Assembly (NCBI GenBank): GCA_965243135.1
Contig: OZ251539.1
Location: forward strand, 1 to 64,000
Direction: 5' to 3'
Origin: Alphaproteobacteria bacterium
GTDB taxonomy: Bacteria > Pseudomonadota > Alphaproteobacteria > MPNO01 > UBA830
DNA: 64,000 bases
Below the pieces are notes generated by a model. The model did no database searches. It saw only the letters and a list, made by a program, of their open reading frames with translations, and was not told the origin of the DNA. Positions within the stretch are counted from its first letter, which is position 1; each line of letters begins with the position of its first letter. A program made the position numbers and the translations under genes. Of this stretch, positions 42,784 through 55,838 are shown in pieces.

Positions 42784-44316
42784 ATGACGAGACGCATGCT
42801 TCCGACCGGCATGTCCTCCCTCCGGGAGATCCGGGGGATGGACTGCTACTACGTCGACAAGACGGACCATGTGCGCCGCCTCGTCGAGAGGGGCAAGTAC
42901 TATTTCCTGTCGCGTCCGCGCCGGTTCGGCAAGACCCTGCTGGTGGACACGCTGCAGGAGTTGTTCGAGGGAAGCGAGGAGTTGTTCCGGGGCCTCGCCG
43001 TGCACGGCAAGTGGGACTGGTCGGCGCGCCATCCGGTGGTGCGGATCAGCTTCGGTTCCGGCAATCTCGGCGACCCCGACCGGCTGCACAGGAACGCGAT
43101 GATGCAGCTCGACGCCGCCGAAAAGCGCGCCGGCGTCCGATGCGGCTATCCGGACGCTTCCGATCGCCTTCACCATTTGATCTCCGAACTGCACGGGCGG
43201 GCCGGGCGGCGCGTGGTCGTTCTGGTGGACGAGTACGACAAGCCGATCCTGGACGCGCTCGGCGACCGGGAACTGGCGCTGGCCAATCGCGACTTCCTGC
43301 GCGGCTTCTACAGCGTCGTCAAGGACTGCGACGCGCATATCCGGTTCGCCTTCCTTACCGGCGTGAGCAAGTTCTCGCAGGCGGGCCTGTTCTCGGGCCT
43401 GAACAACCTGCGCGACATCACCCTCGATCCGCGTTTCGGCGCCATCTGCGGCTACACGGACGACGAGTTGGACGCCGTCTTCGCCCCGGAGCTCGAGGGC
43501 CTGGACCGGGAGAACGTCCGGCGCTGGTACAACGGCTACAACTGGCGCGGGCCGGAGAGGGTCTACAACCCGTTCGACATTCTCCTTCTCTTCGAAACGC
43601 GAGAGTTCGAGGAGCACTGGTTCCAGACCGGCACGCCGACCTTCCTCGCCGACCTTCTGGCGCGCCGCCGGGTCGCGGCGCCGGCCCTGGAGGGCGCGGT
43701 CGCGAACGCCGCGCTGCTGTCGGCCCTCGACGTCGACCGCATTCCCGTCGAGACGCTTTTGTTCCAGACCGGCTACCTGACCATCGTCGATGAGAAGCGG
43801 GACGACGACGCGCTCCTCTACCGGCTGGACTACCCGAACCAGGAGGTGAGGCGGAGCCTGAACGAGCTCCTGCTGCAGACGATGGTGCCGGACGTCGCGG
43901 TCGCGGCGGAGAGCCAGGAGTTGCGCCGCCTGATGCGCGTGAACGACTTTGCGGGCCTCGAGCGGCAGTTCCGGGCGTTGCTGGCGAGCATCCCGAACGA
44001 GTGGTACGCGAACACGGGCCTGGCGGGTTACGAGGCGCACTACGCGAGCGTGCTCTACTCGCACTTCGTGGCGGCGGGGATGGACGTCCGCGCGGAGGAG
44101 AGCACGGCGCGCGGCCGCCTGGCGGTTCTGTACGGCGGCGGCGTCTACCTGTTCGAGTTCAAGGTCGTGGACGGGAAGCCGGAAGGGCGGGCGTTGGCTC
44201 GGGAACGCGGCTATGCGGACAAGCACCGGCGTCCGGGCGTGCCGGTCCACCTGATCGGCATCGAGTTCGGCCGGGAAGAGCGCAACATCGTCGGGTTCGA
44301 GTTCGAGACCGTCTGA
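42784..44316 (+). CDS. AAA-ATPase-like + PD-(D/E)XK protein, paralog 6 (divergent C-terminus, nuclease motif damaged)
   Basis: ATPase motifs intact; RGRLAV in place of RGRADMAI and ALARERGY in place of ALAQLREKGY. Confidence 0.88.
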   Translation: MTRRMLPTGMSSLREIRGMDCYYVDKTDHVRRLVERGKYYFLSRPRRFGKTLLVDTLQELFEGSEELFRGLAVHGKWDWSARHPVVRISFGSGNLGDPDRLHRNAMMQLDAAEKRAGVRCGYPDASDRLHHLISELHGRAGRRVVVLVDEYDKPILDALGDRELALANRDFLRGFYSVVKDCDAHIRFAFLTGVSKFSQAGLFSGLNNLRDITLDPRFGAICGYTDDELDAVFAPELEGLDRENVRRWYNGYNWRGPERVYNPFDILLLFETREFEEHWFQTGTPTFLADLLARRRVAAPALEGAVANAALLSALDVDRIPVETLLFQTGYLTIVDEKRDDDALLYRLDYPNQEVRRSLNELLLQTMVPDVAVAAESQELRRLMRVNDFAGLERQFRALLASIPNEWYANTGLAGYEAHYASVLYSHFVAAGMDVRAEESTARGRLAVLYGGGVYLFEFKVVDGKPEGRALARERGYADKHRRPGVPVHLIGIEFGREERNIVGFEFETV

Positions 44317-44351
44317 AGCCGGGAGCCGTCCCGTCCGTACCTTTCGGACGG

Positions 44352-44374
44352 CGGCGCCTCCGCAAAAGGCGCCG
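44352..44374 (+). terminator. GC hairpin after paralog 6
   Basis: CGGCGCCT-ccgcaaa-AGGCGCCG; no U-tract. Confidence 0.35.
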
Positions 44375-44492
44375 GTAGACCGCGTCGCCGAGAGGAGGCG
44401 CATGAACCTCGGCCCGGCGTTCGGCCGGCGGACTTCGCGCCTTGACGGGCGATAATTTTCCGCTTAAACAGGCGCCGTTCGAGAGGAATCCG

Positions 44493-44753
44493 ATGGCCAA
44501 CACGACATCCGCGAAGAAACGGGCGCGCCGCGACGCCCGCAAGGTTCGAGTGAACGGCGCCCGCAGGGCGCGAGTCCGTACCTTCGTCAAGAAGGTCGAG
44601 GCGGCGATAGCGGCTGGCGACCGCGAGGCGGCCGGCGAGGCTCTCAGAAAGGCGCAACCCGAGCTGATGCGCGGCGTGACGCGCGGCGTGGTCAAGAAAA
44701 ACATGGCCGCCAGGAAAATCTCCAGGCTGTCCCGGCGCATCAAGGCGCTGTAG
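44493..44753 (+). CDS. rpsT: 30S ribosomal protein S20
   Basis: [33 protein letters not shown]. Confidence 0.97.
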   Translation: MANTTSAKKRARRDARKVRVNGARRARVRTFVKKVEAAIAAGDREAAGEALRKAQPELMRGVTRGVVKKNMAARKISRLSRRIKAL

Positions 44754-44902
44754 CCGGCCTTTCCGACCCGCAGGCGGAATGACGCCTGCGCGACGCTCCC
44801 AACCCGATTTTGTCCTGCGGACGCGCTGCGCGGTTCCGGCGGCGGGCCGTTCGCGCTTTCGCCGCGGGTTCTCGCCGAGCCTCTCTTCGTCGAGTCCGAT
44901 AG

Positions 44903-44911
44903 TTTTCCACA
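44903..44911 (+). promoter_or_regulatory. DnaA-box-like site in AT-rich rpsT-dnaA region
   Basis: TTTTCCACA (1 mismatch to TTATCCACA). Confidence 0.4.
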
Positions 44912-45206
44912 AAACGAATCGAATAGTGGCTTGTCAAGTAAATAAGTTTATCCGCCGCTAAAAATTTTTCGTCATTTGGCCCTCGAAACCCGTTGTACCG
45001 GGTTGCCGGTATGGTTACGCTTCAGGCTTCGAAGGCAGGGCGTTCAAGTATTGACGGCCCGGTTTCCAACTAATTCGCAGGTGTTCCATGTAAAAACGGG
45101 CAAACTTCAGTTTTTCTTGTTAATGTTCCGTTGCATTCGGGAAAAAATGAAGCAATGTCTAGGCATATATGACACTTTACCTTCAACCGAGTTACGGGAA
45201 TTACTT

Positions 45207-45668
45207 ATGGAACAGTCATCTTTACTTGGAAATGGAGCGCAACGACGGGCGGACGGTTACGCTGGCGACATAAGCGCCGCTCATGCTTGGGAAAGGCTTC
45301 GCTCCGATCCGGGCGCAGTTCTCGTGGACGTGCGAACCCGTGCCGAGTGGACTTTCGTCGGCGTTCCGGACCTGTCCGAGCTTGGCAAGAAGGTCGTTTT
45401 CGCGGAATGGCAATCGTATCCGTCGATGGACGCCAATCCGGCGTTCGTCGAAGAGGTGAGCGCGGCGGCGCCCGACCGGCAGGCGCCGCTTTATTTGCTC
45501 TGCCGGTCGGGCGCCCGCTCCAGAGCGGCGGCGGTCGCGTTGACCAGGGCCGGCCATGCGGAGTGCTACAACGTCAGCGGCGGTTTCGAGGGGCCGCATG
45601 ATGAGCGGAAACGCCGGGGCGTCACGGACGGGTGGAAGGCTTGCCGCCTCCCCTGGGTTCAGGGGTGA
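45207..45668 (+). CDS. Rhodanese-like domain protein
   Basis: YAGDIS, LVDVRTRAEWTFVGVPDL, LCRSGARS, GFEG, GWK..LPW.QG. Confidence 0.9.
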   Translation: MEQSSLLGNGAQRRADGYAGDISAAHAWERLRSDPGAVLVDVRTRAEWTFVGVPDLSELGKKVVFAEWQSYPSMDANPAFVEEVSAAAPDRQAPLYLLCRSGARSRAAAVALTRAGHAECYNVSGGFEGPHDERKRRGVTDGWKACRLPWVQG

Positions 45669-45674
45669 TCGGCG

Positions 45675-47000
45675 ATGGATAAGGACGTTCAGGCGGGATG
45701 GGCGCGCGTTCGGGGATTGCTGCGCGCGAGCGTCGGGGAATCGACCTACAGGAACTGGCTGAAGCCCCTGACGCTGGTGGAATGCGTCAACGGCACGGTC
45801 AGGCTGTCGTTGCCGACGAGGTTCATGCGGGACTGGGTCAACAATCACTTCGGCGAACGGTTGAACGATCTGTGGATCGACGACGCCGCGCCGGTGTCGG
45901 CGGTCGAGATATTCGTTCTCGCCGGCAACGAGAAGGCGAGGGTCGCCGAGCCGCGCGTCCCGGAGGCCGCCGACGCCGGCCTGAGACTCGACCGGAAGTA
46001 CAAGTTCGAGAATTTCGTGGTCGGCAAGCCGAACGAGTTCGCCTACGCGGCCGCCCGCCGCGTCTCGGATTCGCCTGCCGCCAACTACAATCCGCTTTTC
46101 CTTTATGGCGCGTCCGGGCTCGGCAAGACGCATTTGATGCACGCCATCGCATGGCAAATCCACACGCAGCGTCCCGGCGATTCCGTCGTCATCCTTTCCG
46201 CCGAACGGTTCATGGAGCAGTTCGTCCGCGCCCTGAAGGCGAAGGAGATCATGGCGTTCAAGGAACGCTTCCGATCGGTCGACGTGCTGATGATCGACGA
46301 CGTGCATTTCATCGGAGGCAAGGAAGCCACCCAGGAGGAATTTTTCCATACCTTCAACGATCTGATGAGCAACGGGCGGCAGGTCGTGGTCTCGGCCGGC
46401 AAGCCGCCTTCCTCTCTGGAAGGAGTCGAGGAGCGGCTGCGCTCGAGGTTCGGATGCGGCCTCGTCGCGGACATCGCCGCCACGACGTACGATCTGCGCC
46501 TCAGAATCCTCCAGGCCAAGGCGGAAGCGGCGAAGCTCGACGTGTCCGGGAAGGTGCTGGAATTTCTCGCCCACGAGATCACCGCCAGCGTGCGGGAGCT
46601 CGAGGGAGCCCTGAACCGCGTCGCGGCGCAAAAGGAACTGGTCGGTCGCGACATCACCCTCGACAACTGCCGGGAGCTCCTGCGCGATCTGTTGCGGCCG
46701 AGCGAGCGGCGGGTCACCATCGAGGAGATCCAGAAACGGGTGGCCGCGCATTTCAACATCAGGATTGCGGACATGCATTCGGCGCGCCGGTCCCGGGCGA
46801 TCGCCCGCCCGAGGCAGGTCGCCATGTACCTTTCGAAACAGCTTACGACCCGTTCGCTGCCGGATATCGGCCGCAAGTTCGGCGGCCGCGACCACACCAC
46901 GGTCATTCACGCCGTGAGGAAAATCGAGGAACTGCGCGCCGGCGACGAAACTTTCGCCGAGGACGTCGATTTTCTGCGAAGAATGCTGGAGGGGGATTGA
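45675..47000 (+). CDS. dnaA: Chromosomal replication initiator
   Basis: FENFVVG..N, YNPLFLYG.SGLGKTHL, LMIDDVHF, VRELEGAL, RPRQVAMYL, GGRDHTTV. Confidence 0.98.
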   Translation: MDKDVQAGWARVRGLLRASVGESTYRNWLKPLTLVECVNGTVRLSLPTRFMRDWVNNHFGERLNDLWIDDAAPVSAVEIFVLAGNEKARVAEPRVPEAADAGLRLDRKYKFENFVVGKPNEFAYAAARRVSDSPAANYNPLFLYGASGLGKTHLMHAIAWQIHTQRPGDSVVILSAERFMEQFVRALKAKEIMAFKERFRSVDVLMIDDVHFIGGKEATQEEFFHTFNDLMSNGRQVVVSAGKPPSSLEGVEERLRSRFGCGLVADIAATTYDLRLRILQAKAEAAKLDVSGKVLEFLAHEITASVRELEGALNRVAAQKELVGRDITLDNCRELLRDLLRPSERRVTIEEIQKRVAAHFNIRIADMHSARRSRAIARPRQVAMYLSKQLTTRSLPDIGRKFGGRDHTTVIHAVRKIEELRAGDETFAEDVDFLRRMLEGD

Positions 47001-47091
47001 CGGCGAAGGCGCGGCCGCTTGCGCCGCGTTCCGCGAGCCCTCTGCGCCGCAAGGCGCACCCGGATGATTCGGCGATTCCGCTCCTTACTCG

Positions 47092-47173
47092 TAACTCGCT
47101 GATAACGCTTGCTTTTCGGTGACGCGACATGCGTTGCGGCGGAGACTGCTTTTCTTGAAAATTCAATCACTTG
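47092..47173. promoter_or_regulatory. Two IHF-like sites in dnaA-dnaN intergenic region
   Basis: TAACTCGCTGATA (reverse WATCARNNNNTTR) and ATTCAATCACTTG; two GANTC sites just upstream. Confidence 0.3.
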
Positions 47174-47270
47174 TGATATAATCTCCCGCCTTGCGGGCAA
47201 CGTCGCGGCCGTGCCGTTCGGCTCGTTCGCGCGCCGCAGGGTCCGCAACCAACCGAGCTGGCCGGAAATC

Positions 47271-48389
47271 ATGCAACTTACAATCGAGCGCAACACCCTT
47301 CTGAGCTCCCTGACGCACATCCAGAGCCTCGTCGAACGCCGCACGACCATACCGGTCTTGTCCAACGTTCTCCTGAAGGTGGAGGAAGGCAGGCTTCGCC
47401 TCAACGCCACGGACATGGACCTGTCGCTCGTGCAGGGAGTCGGCGCGGATATCGTACAGGAGGGCGCGACCACGGTTCCCGCCCATACCCTTTACGACAT
47501 CGTCCGCAAGCTGGCCGAGGGGGCGCAAGTGGAGATCGACACCGGCGGCGAGGAGGGCAAGCTCGATATCAAGTCGGGCCGGTCGAAGCTGAGCCTCAAG
47601 ACGCTGCCGAGCGAGGACTTCCCGGTCGTGGCGGAAGGGGATTTTCCGCATGCGTTCAGCCTGTCCGCCCAGACGCTTCGCCGTCTGATCGACCGGACGC
47701 GCTTCGCCATGTCCGTCGAGGAGACCCGCTATTACCTCAACGGACTTTATTTCCACGCCGTCGAAGCGGAGGGGAAGCCGGTTTTCCGCGTCGTCGCGAC
47801 CGACGGGCACCGTCTCGCCCGGGTCGAGATACCCATGCCCGACCGGGCGGCGGAAATTCCGGGCGTGATCGTGCCCCGCAAGACGGTGAACGAGGTCAGG
47901 AAGCTGATCGAGGACGCGGAGGACGAAATCGAGATCGCCCTGTCCGATTCGAGGATCCGCTTCGCTTTCGGCGACGTCTCGCTGACCTCCAAGTTGATCG
48001 ACGGAACTTTCCCCGACTACAACCGGGTCATTCCCTTCGGCAACGACAAGACGCTCGAGGTGGAGCGCGCCGAGTTCGTCATGGCGGTGGACCTCGTTTC
48101 GACGATTTCGACCGACAAGTCCCGGGGCGTGAAACTGGCCCTCGATTCGGGAAACCTCGTGCTTTCCGCCACCAGTCCGGAGTCCGGCAGCGCGCAGGAA
48201 GAACTCGACGTCGAATACCAGCACGGAAAGCTCGAAATCGGCTTCAACTCCCGCTATCTCCTCGACATAGCGCAGCAGATCGAAGGCGACCGCGCCAGTT
48301 TCCATCTCGCCGACGGAAATTCGCCGACGCTTATCCGGGAAGTGGGCGACGAGGGCGCATTGTACGTGCTGATGCCCATGCGCGTCTGA
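47271..48389 (+). CDS. dnaN: DNA polymerase III beta clamp
   Basis: VERRTTIPVLSNVLL, ATDMD, ETRYYLNG, VATDGHRL, KLIDGTFPDY, VLMPMRV. Confidence 0.98.
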   Translation: MQLTIERNTLLSSLTHIQSLVERRTTIPVLSNVLLKVEEGRLRLNATDMDLSLVQGVGADIVQEGATTVPAHTLYDIVRKLAEGAQVEIDTGGEEGKLDIKSGRSKLSLKTLPSEDFPVVAEGDFPHAFSLSAQTLRRLIDRTRFAMSVEETRYYLNGLYFHAVEAEGKPVFRVVATDGHRLARVEIPMPDRAAEIPGVIVPRKTVNEVRKLIEDAEDEIEIALSDSRIRFAFGDVSLTSKLIDGTFPDYNRVIPFGNDKTLEVERAEFVMAVDLVSTISTDKSRGVKLALDSGNLVLSATSPESGSAQEELDVEYQHGKLEIGFNSRYLLDIAQQIEGDRASFHLADGNSPTLIREVGDEGALYVLMPMRV

Positions 48390-48391
48390 CC

Positions 48392-52004
<3,613 letters not shown>

Positions 52005-52022
52005 TTCGACGCGGCCCTCGCG

Positions 52023-52505
52023 TCAGGCGGCGAGCTCCGCGATTCGGTCGAATTCCGGACCGAAGGCCGCGCACACGATCACGTTTCGGAGTTCCGGAAC
52101 GAACTTGCGATAGAAGCGCCGCGCCGCTCGGTTGCGCCTGACGACGGACCAGAACATCCAGCGGGCGCCCTCGGCGCGGGTTTTGCGCGCGAGGCCCGAA
52201 ACGAGGGCGCGTCCTCCTCCGCGGCGGCGGTAGTTCGCGTCGACGAAGAGGTCGGAGAGATAGACGCCGCGAGTCGCGCTGTCGGTGTCGTAGCCCCAGT
52301 AATAGAGGGCGTAGCCGCGCGGCGCGCCCTCGATCTCGGCGATCAGCGCGCGAAAGGCGGGATCTTCGCCGAAGCCGTCTTCCAGATAGGACCGCGCCGT
52401 GAACTTCGACGGGGGCGCGTCGGTTTGGAGGGATTTCGCCATTTCGGCGACCGCGGCGGCGTCTTCCCGGACTGCGGGACGAACGAGGATTCCGGGACCG
52501 ATCAT
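52023..52505 (-). CDS. GNAT N-acetyltransferase
   Basis: VYLSDLFVDANYRRRGGGRAL, N.AARRFY. Confidence 0.82.
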   Translation of the reverse strand: MIGPGILVRPAVREDAAAVAEMAKSLQTDAPPSKFTARSYLEDGFGEDPAFRALIAEIEGAPRGYALYYWGYDTDSATRGVYLSDLFVDANYRRRGGGRALVSGLARKTRAEGARWMFWSVVRRNRAARRFYRKFVPELRNVIVCAAFGPEFDRIAELAA

Positions 52506-52570
52506 TTCGAGACGCTCCTGAGCGTGAATGCAGGGTTGATTTTCTGGGGGACAATACTGCATATAGCGGC

Positions 52571-54505
52571 ATGGTGGAAAAAAAGCACAAATCGGGAAAG
52601 AAATCCGGGAACGCGAAAGGGACTCGCCGAGCCGCTCCGAGGAAGGCCGCCGCCGGGGCGAAGGGGCCTGCGCGAACCGCGGCGAAAAAGAGCCCCCGCG
52701 GCGCAACCGTCCGCAAGGCGAGGAAGCGCCGCGCGAGAAACTGGTCGCGAGGCGCTCGCGTCGCGGGGTTGACGCTCCGCTGGTTTCTGATCTTCATGGT
52801 CTGGATCGGAGTCGCGGTTTCAGCGGTCGTGGCCTGGTACGCGTACGATCTTCCCGACATAGACAATCTCAAGGTTCCCGAGCGCCGGGCGAGCCTCACC
52901 CTGACCGATGCGGGGGGGCGGTCGATCGCGGTCTACGGCGACCTCTACGCCGGGTCGCTTCAACTGAAGAACATGCCCGCTCATCTGAAGCAGGCGATTC
53001 TCGCCACCGAGGACCGGCGCTTCTTCGAACACGGCGGCTTCGACCCGTTCGCCCTCGCCCGCGCCCTCGCCGTCAACCTGTACGCGGGCCGCATTCGTCA
53101 GGGCGGCAGCACCCTGACCCAGCAACTGGCGAAGAACATCTTTCTGAAGCCCGATCGCACGGTGCGCCGAAAGGTGCAGGAGCTGCTCCTGACCTTCTGG
53201 CTCGAGGCGAACTTCACGAAGGAGCAGATATTCACCCTGTACGTCAACCGCGTCTATCTCGGCTCGGGAGCCTACGGTTTCGAGGCGGCGTCCCGGCGCT
53301 ATTTCGGCAAGTCGGCGCGCCGCGCGACCCTGCTTCAGGCCGCCGTTCTGGCGGGGCTTCTAAAGGCGCCGTCCCGCTATTCGCCGCTGCGCGATCCGGA
53401 AGCCGCCCGGAAACGCGCCGGCACGGTGCTGAAAGCCATGGTCGACGCCGGCTTCATCGACGGCGCGGCGAGGAAGCGCGCCCTGCGCCAAAAGCTGAAC
53501 GTGGTCGCCATCGCCGGCGTCGGCAGGCATTTTTCCGACTGGGTTCTGGAAAGGGTCGCCGGGTTCGTCCGCCGCGACGGCCAGGACCTGATCGTGCGGA
53601 CGACGCTCGACCTGAGATTGCAACGTCTCGCGGAGGCCCGGCTGCGGGCGACGATCGCGAAAAACGGGAAGGCGGGGAACGTCCGTCAGGGCGCGCTGGT
53701 CGCGCTGTCCCACGACGGCGCCGTGCGGGCGATGGTCGGCGGCAGGGACTATTCGGCGAGCCAGTTCAACCGCGCCAGTCAGGCGCTCCGGCAGCCTGGC
53801 TCCGCCTTCAAGCTGTTTGTCTATCTGGCGGCCCTCGAAAGCGGGCTGGCGCCCGACGACATATTCGCCGACCGACCGTTCCGCATCGGAAAATGGCAGC
53901 CGCGCAATCACGAAAAAACGTATCGCGGCGACATCGACATGCGCGAGGCGATGGCGCACTCGATCAACACCGTCGCCGTGAGGATATCGGAGAGGGTGGG
54001 GCGGCGGAAGGTCATCGAAGCCGCGCGGCGGCTCGGCGTTACGTCGCCGATCAGAGCGCATCCCAGTCTCGCGCTGGGCGCGAGCGAGGTGACGCTGCTC
54101 GAACTGACGGGAGCTTATTGCGTGATCGCCAATGGCGGGATCGCCGCGTGGCCTCACGGAATCGCGGAAATCCGCCGCAGCGACGGCACCGTGCTCTACC
54201 GGAGGAAGCGCGGCGAAGGGAGCCGGGTGGTGTCGCGCGGCGTCGCCCGGGATATGCGCGAGCTTTTGCGCGGGGTCGTCGCGGACGGAACCGGCAAGGC
54301 CGCGAATCCCGGCTGGACGGCGGCCGGCAAGACCGGGACCAGCCAGGGCTTCCGGGACGCCTGGTTCGTCGGCTACGCCGGCGATCTCGTCACCGGCGTA
54401 TGGATGGGGAACGACAAAGGCGCCCGCATGAAGGGCGTAACCGGCGGCCAATTGCCGGCGCGTCTGTGGCGGGATTTCATGACGGCGGCTCTCGGAGGAT
54501 CGTAG
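52571..54505 (+). CDS. Class A penicillin-binding protein (PBP1A family)
   Basis: TM anchor, EDRRFF.H.G.D, GGSTLTQQLAKN, RK..E, SAFK, SIN, KTG. Confidence 0.93.
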   Translation: MVEKKHKSGKKSGNAKGTRRAAPRKAAAGAKGPARTAAKKSPRGATVRKARKRRARNWSRGARVAGLTLRWFLIFMVWIGVAVSAVVAWYAYDLPDIDNLKVPERRASLTLTDAGGRSIAVYGDLYAGSLQLKNMPAHLKQAILATEDRRFFEHGGFDPFALARALAVNLYAGRIRQGGSTLTQQLAKNIFLKPDRTVRRKVQELLLTFWLEANFTKEQIFTLYVNRVYLGSGAYGFEAASRRYFGKSARRATLLQAAVLAGLLKAPSRYSPLRDPEAARKRAGTVLKAMVDAGFIDGAARKRALRQKLNVVAIAGVGRHFSDWVLERVAGFVRRDGQDLIVRTTLDLRLQRLAEARLRATIAKNGKAGNVRQGALVALSHDGAVRAMVGGRDYSASQFNRASQALRQPGSAFKLFVYLAALESGLAPDDIFADRPFRIGKWQPRNHEKTYRGDIDMREAMAHSINTVAVRISERVGRRKVIEAARRLGVTSPIRAHPSLALGASEVTLLELTGAYCVIANGGIAAWPHGIAEIRRSDGTVLYRRKRGEGSRVVSRGVARDMRELLRGVVADGTGKAANPGWTAAGKTGTSQGFRDAWFVGYAGDLVTGVWMGNDKGARMKGVTGGQLPARLWRDFMTAALGGS

Positions 54506-54636
54506 CCGGGCGGGAGGGACGGTTGCCGAATCGCCGCCCCCGCAGAGTCCCGGCGGCCGTCCGGACGCCGGTTCGGCGGCCCGGAGGCGGCTTCGGTTCG
54601 CGCGAAAACCTTCGCGCGCGGATTGCCCACGACGGC

Positions 54637-54665
54637 TTGACTTCGATTCGCCGCGACAATATCTT
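54637..54665 (+). promoter_or_regulatory. sigma70-type promoter of Ubl operon
   Basis: TTGACT-17-TATCTT. Confidence 0.55.
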
Positions 54666-54736
54666 TGTTCACGGAAAGTTCGTCCGTCGAGCGGCAAGCG
54701 GCCGCTAATCCCGTCGCCACAGAAGGAAGACGCGGA

Positions 54737-55456
54737 ATGCAGGTTACGGTAGACCGCCAGGAAAGGGAAATCCGGCGCGGGTTGGTCAGTGCAAGCGAAC
54801 TTTACGATCTTGCCGATTGCGGCGAGGAGAGGCTTTTCTTGCATATTGGCGATGACGAGAAGATACCGCTTCTTCCCATGGATCACATGGTCATTCGGGG
54901 CGGCGAAGCCTTCGTTACCGGCGGAGTCGAAATCCAGGACGATGCGCCGTTGAAAAATGCGATTTGCCCGCGTTTCAATGGCGAGCCCGGTCCGGCTCTG
55001 CAGACGGCGAAAATAACGGGAGCGGCTCTGAAGGCGTTGGACAACGAGTTCCCGCGCGGACGCCTGTTCGTCGATGTCCAAGGCGACGTCGACGCGGAGA
55101 TTGTCGACGACATGATGATCGTCGTCCAAAGCGCGGATTCGTTTTTCGTGATTCCCGATGGCGACGACGGCGCGATCGATATCGAAAGCTGCGGCAAGCA
55201 TGATCGTCAGCCTCCGAAAGGGTACCGCTATCGAATCCGGATCGACGGGGAAAAGTACGTCGTGCAATCCGGCAGGATATCGGGCGCGGAAATACTGGAC
55301 ATGGCCGGCAAGAATCCTGACGAATGGTCGCTGAACCAGAAACTTCATGGAGGGAAAAGGGTCAGAATCGAAATCCGCGACGCAGTCGACCTTACCTTGA
55401 AGGGAATAGAGAGATTCGAAACGGTACGCCGGCAGGCGCAGCAGGGCCATGAATGA
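54737..55456 (+). CDS. Multi-ubiquitin domain protein (about 3 beta-grasp domains)
   Basis: IDIE..KHDRQPPKGYRYRIRIDGEKY..ISGAEIL..AGK.P..W.L.QKL.GG..VDL...GIERF; C-terminal QQG-HE. Confidence 0.82.
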   Translation: MQVTVDRQEREIRRGLVSASELYDLADCGEERLFLHIGDDEKIPLLPMDHMVIRGGEAFVTGGVEIQDDAPLKNAICPRFNGEPGPALQTAKITGAALKALDNEFPRGRLFVDVQGDVDAEIVDDMMIVVQSADSFFVIPDGDDGAIDIESCGKHDRQPPKGYRYRIRIDGEKYVVQSGRISGAEILDMAGKNPDEWSLNQKLHGGKRVRIEIRDAVDLTLKGIERFETVRRQAQQGHE

Positions 55457-55838
55457 TCCTTTCGAACTGCTTCCGGAAGATGCAGAGTATCTGGACGCGA
55501 ATCATCCCGGAAAATGGCGGAAGGTGAGCGAGGGAAACGGAAAATTCGGTTTGCTTATCGAAGAATTTGCCGTTCCGAAGGGATATCGTCCAGAGAATTC
55601 CTGCCTGATGATTCTGGTTCCGGCAGGCTATCCGGCATCGCCTCTCGACATGTTCTATTTCGACCCCCCGCTCGGGAATGCCGACGGCGCCGCACTCGCC
55701 GCGATCGCTTTCGAGGAGCATTTCCGGAGACGATGGCAAAGATGGTCGCGCCATTATCAATGGAACCCGGGAGAGGACAATCTGGCAAGCCATGTCGAGT
55801 ACGTCCTTAACGAGCTTCGGACGCGAGCGCTGCAATGA
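55449..55838 (+). CDS. Prokaryotic E2/UBC-like protein (family E type)
   Basis: LLPEDAEYL, F.VPKGY, ILVPAGYP.SPLDMFYF.PPL, WQRWSRH..W.PG.DNL.SH. Confidence 0.85.
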   Translation: MNDPFELLPEDAEYLDANHPGKWRKVSEGNGKFGLLIEEFAVPKGYRPENSCLMILVPAGYPASPLDMFYFDPPLGNADGAALAAIAFEEHFRRRWQRWSRHYQWNPGEDNLASHVEYVLNELRTRALQ

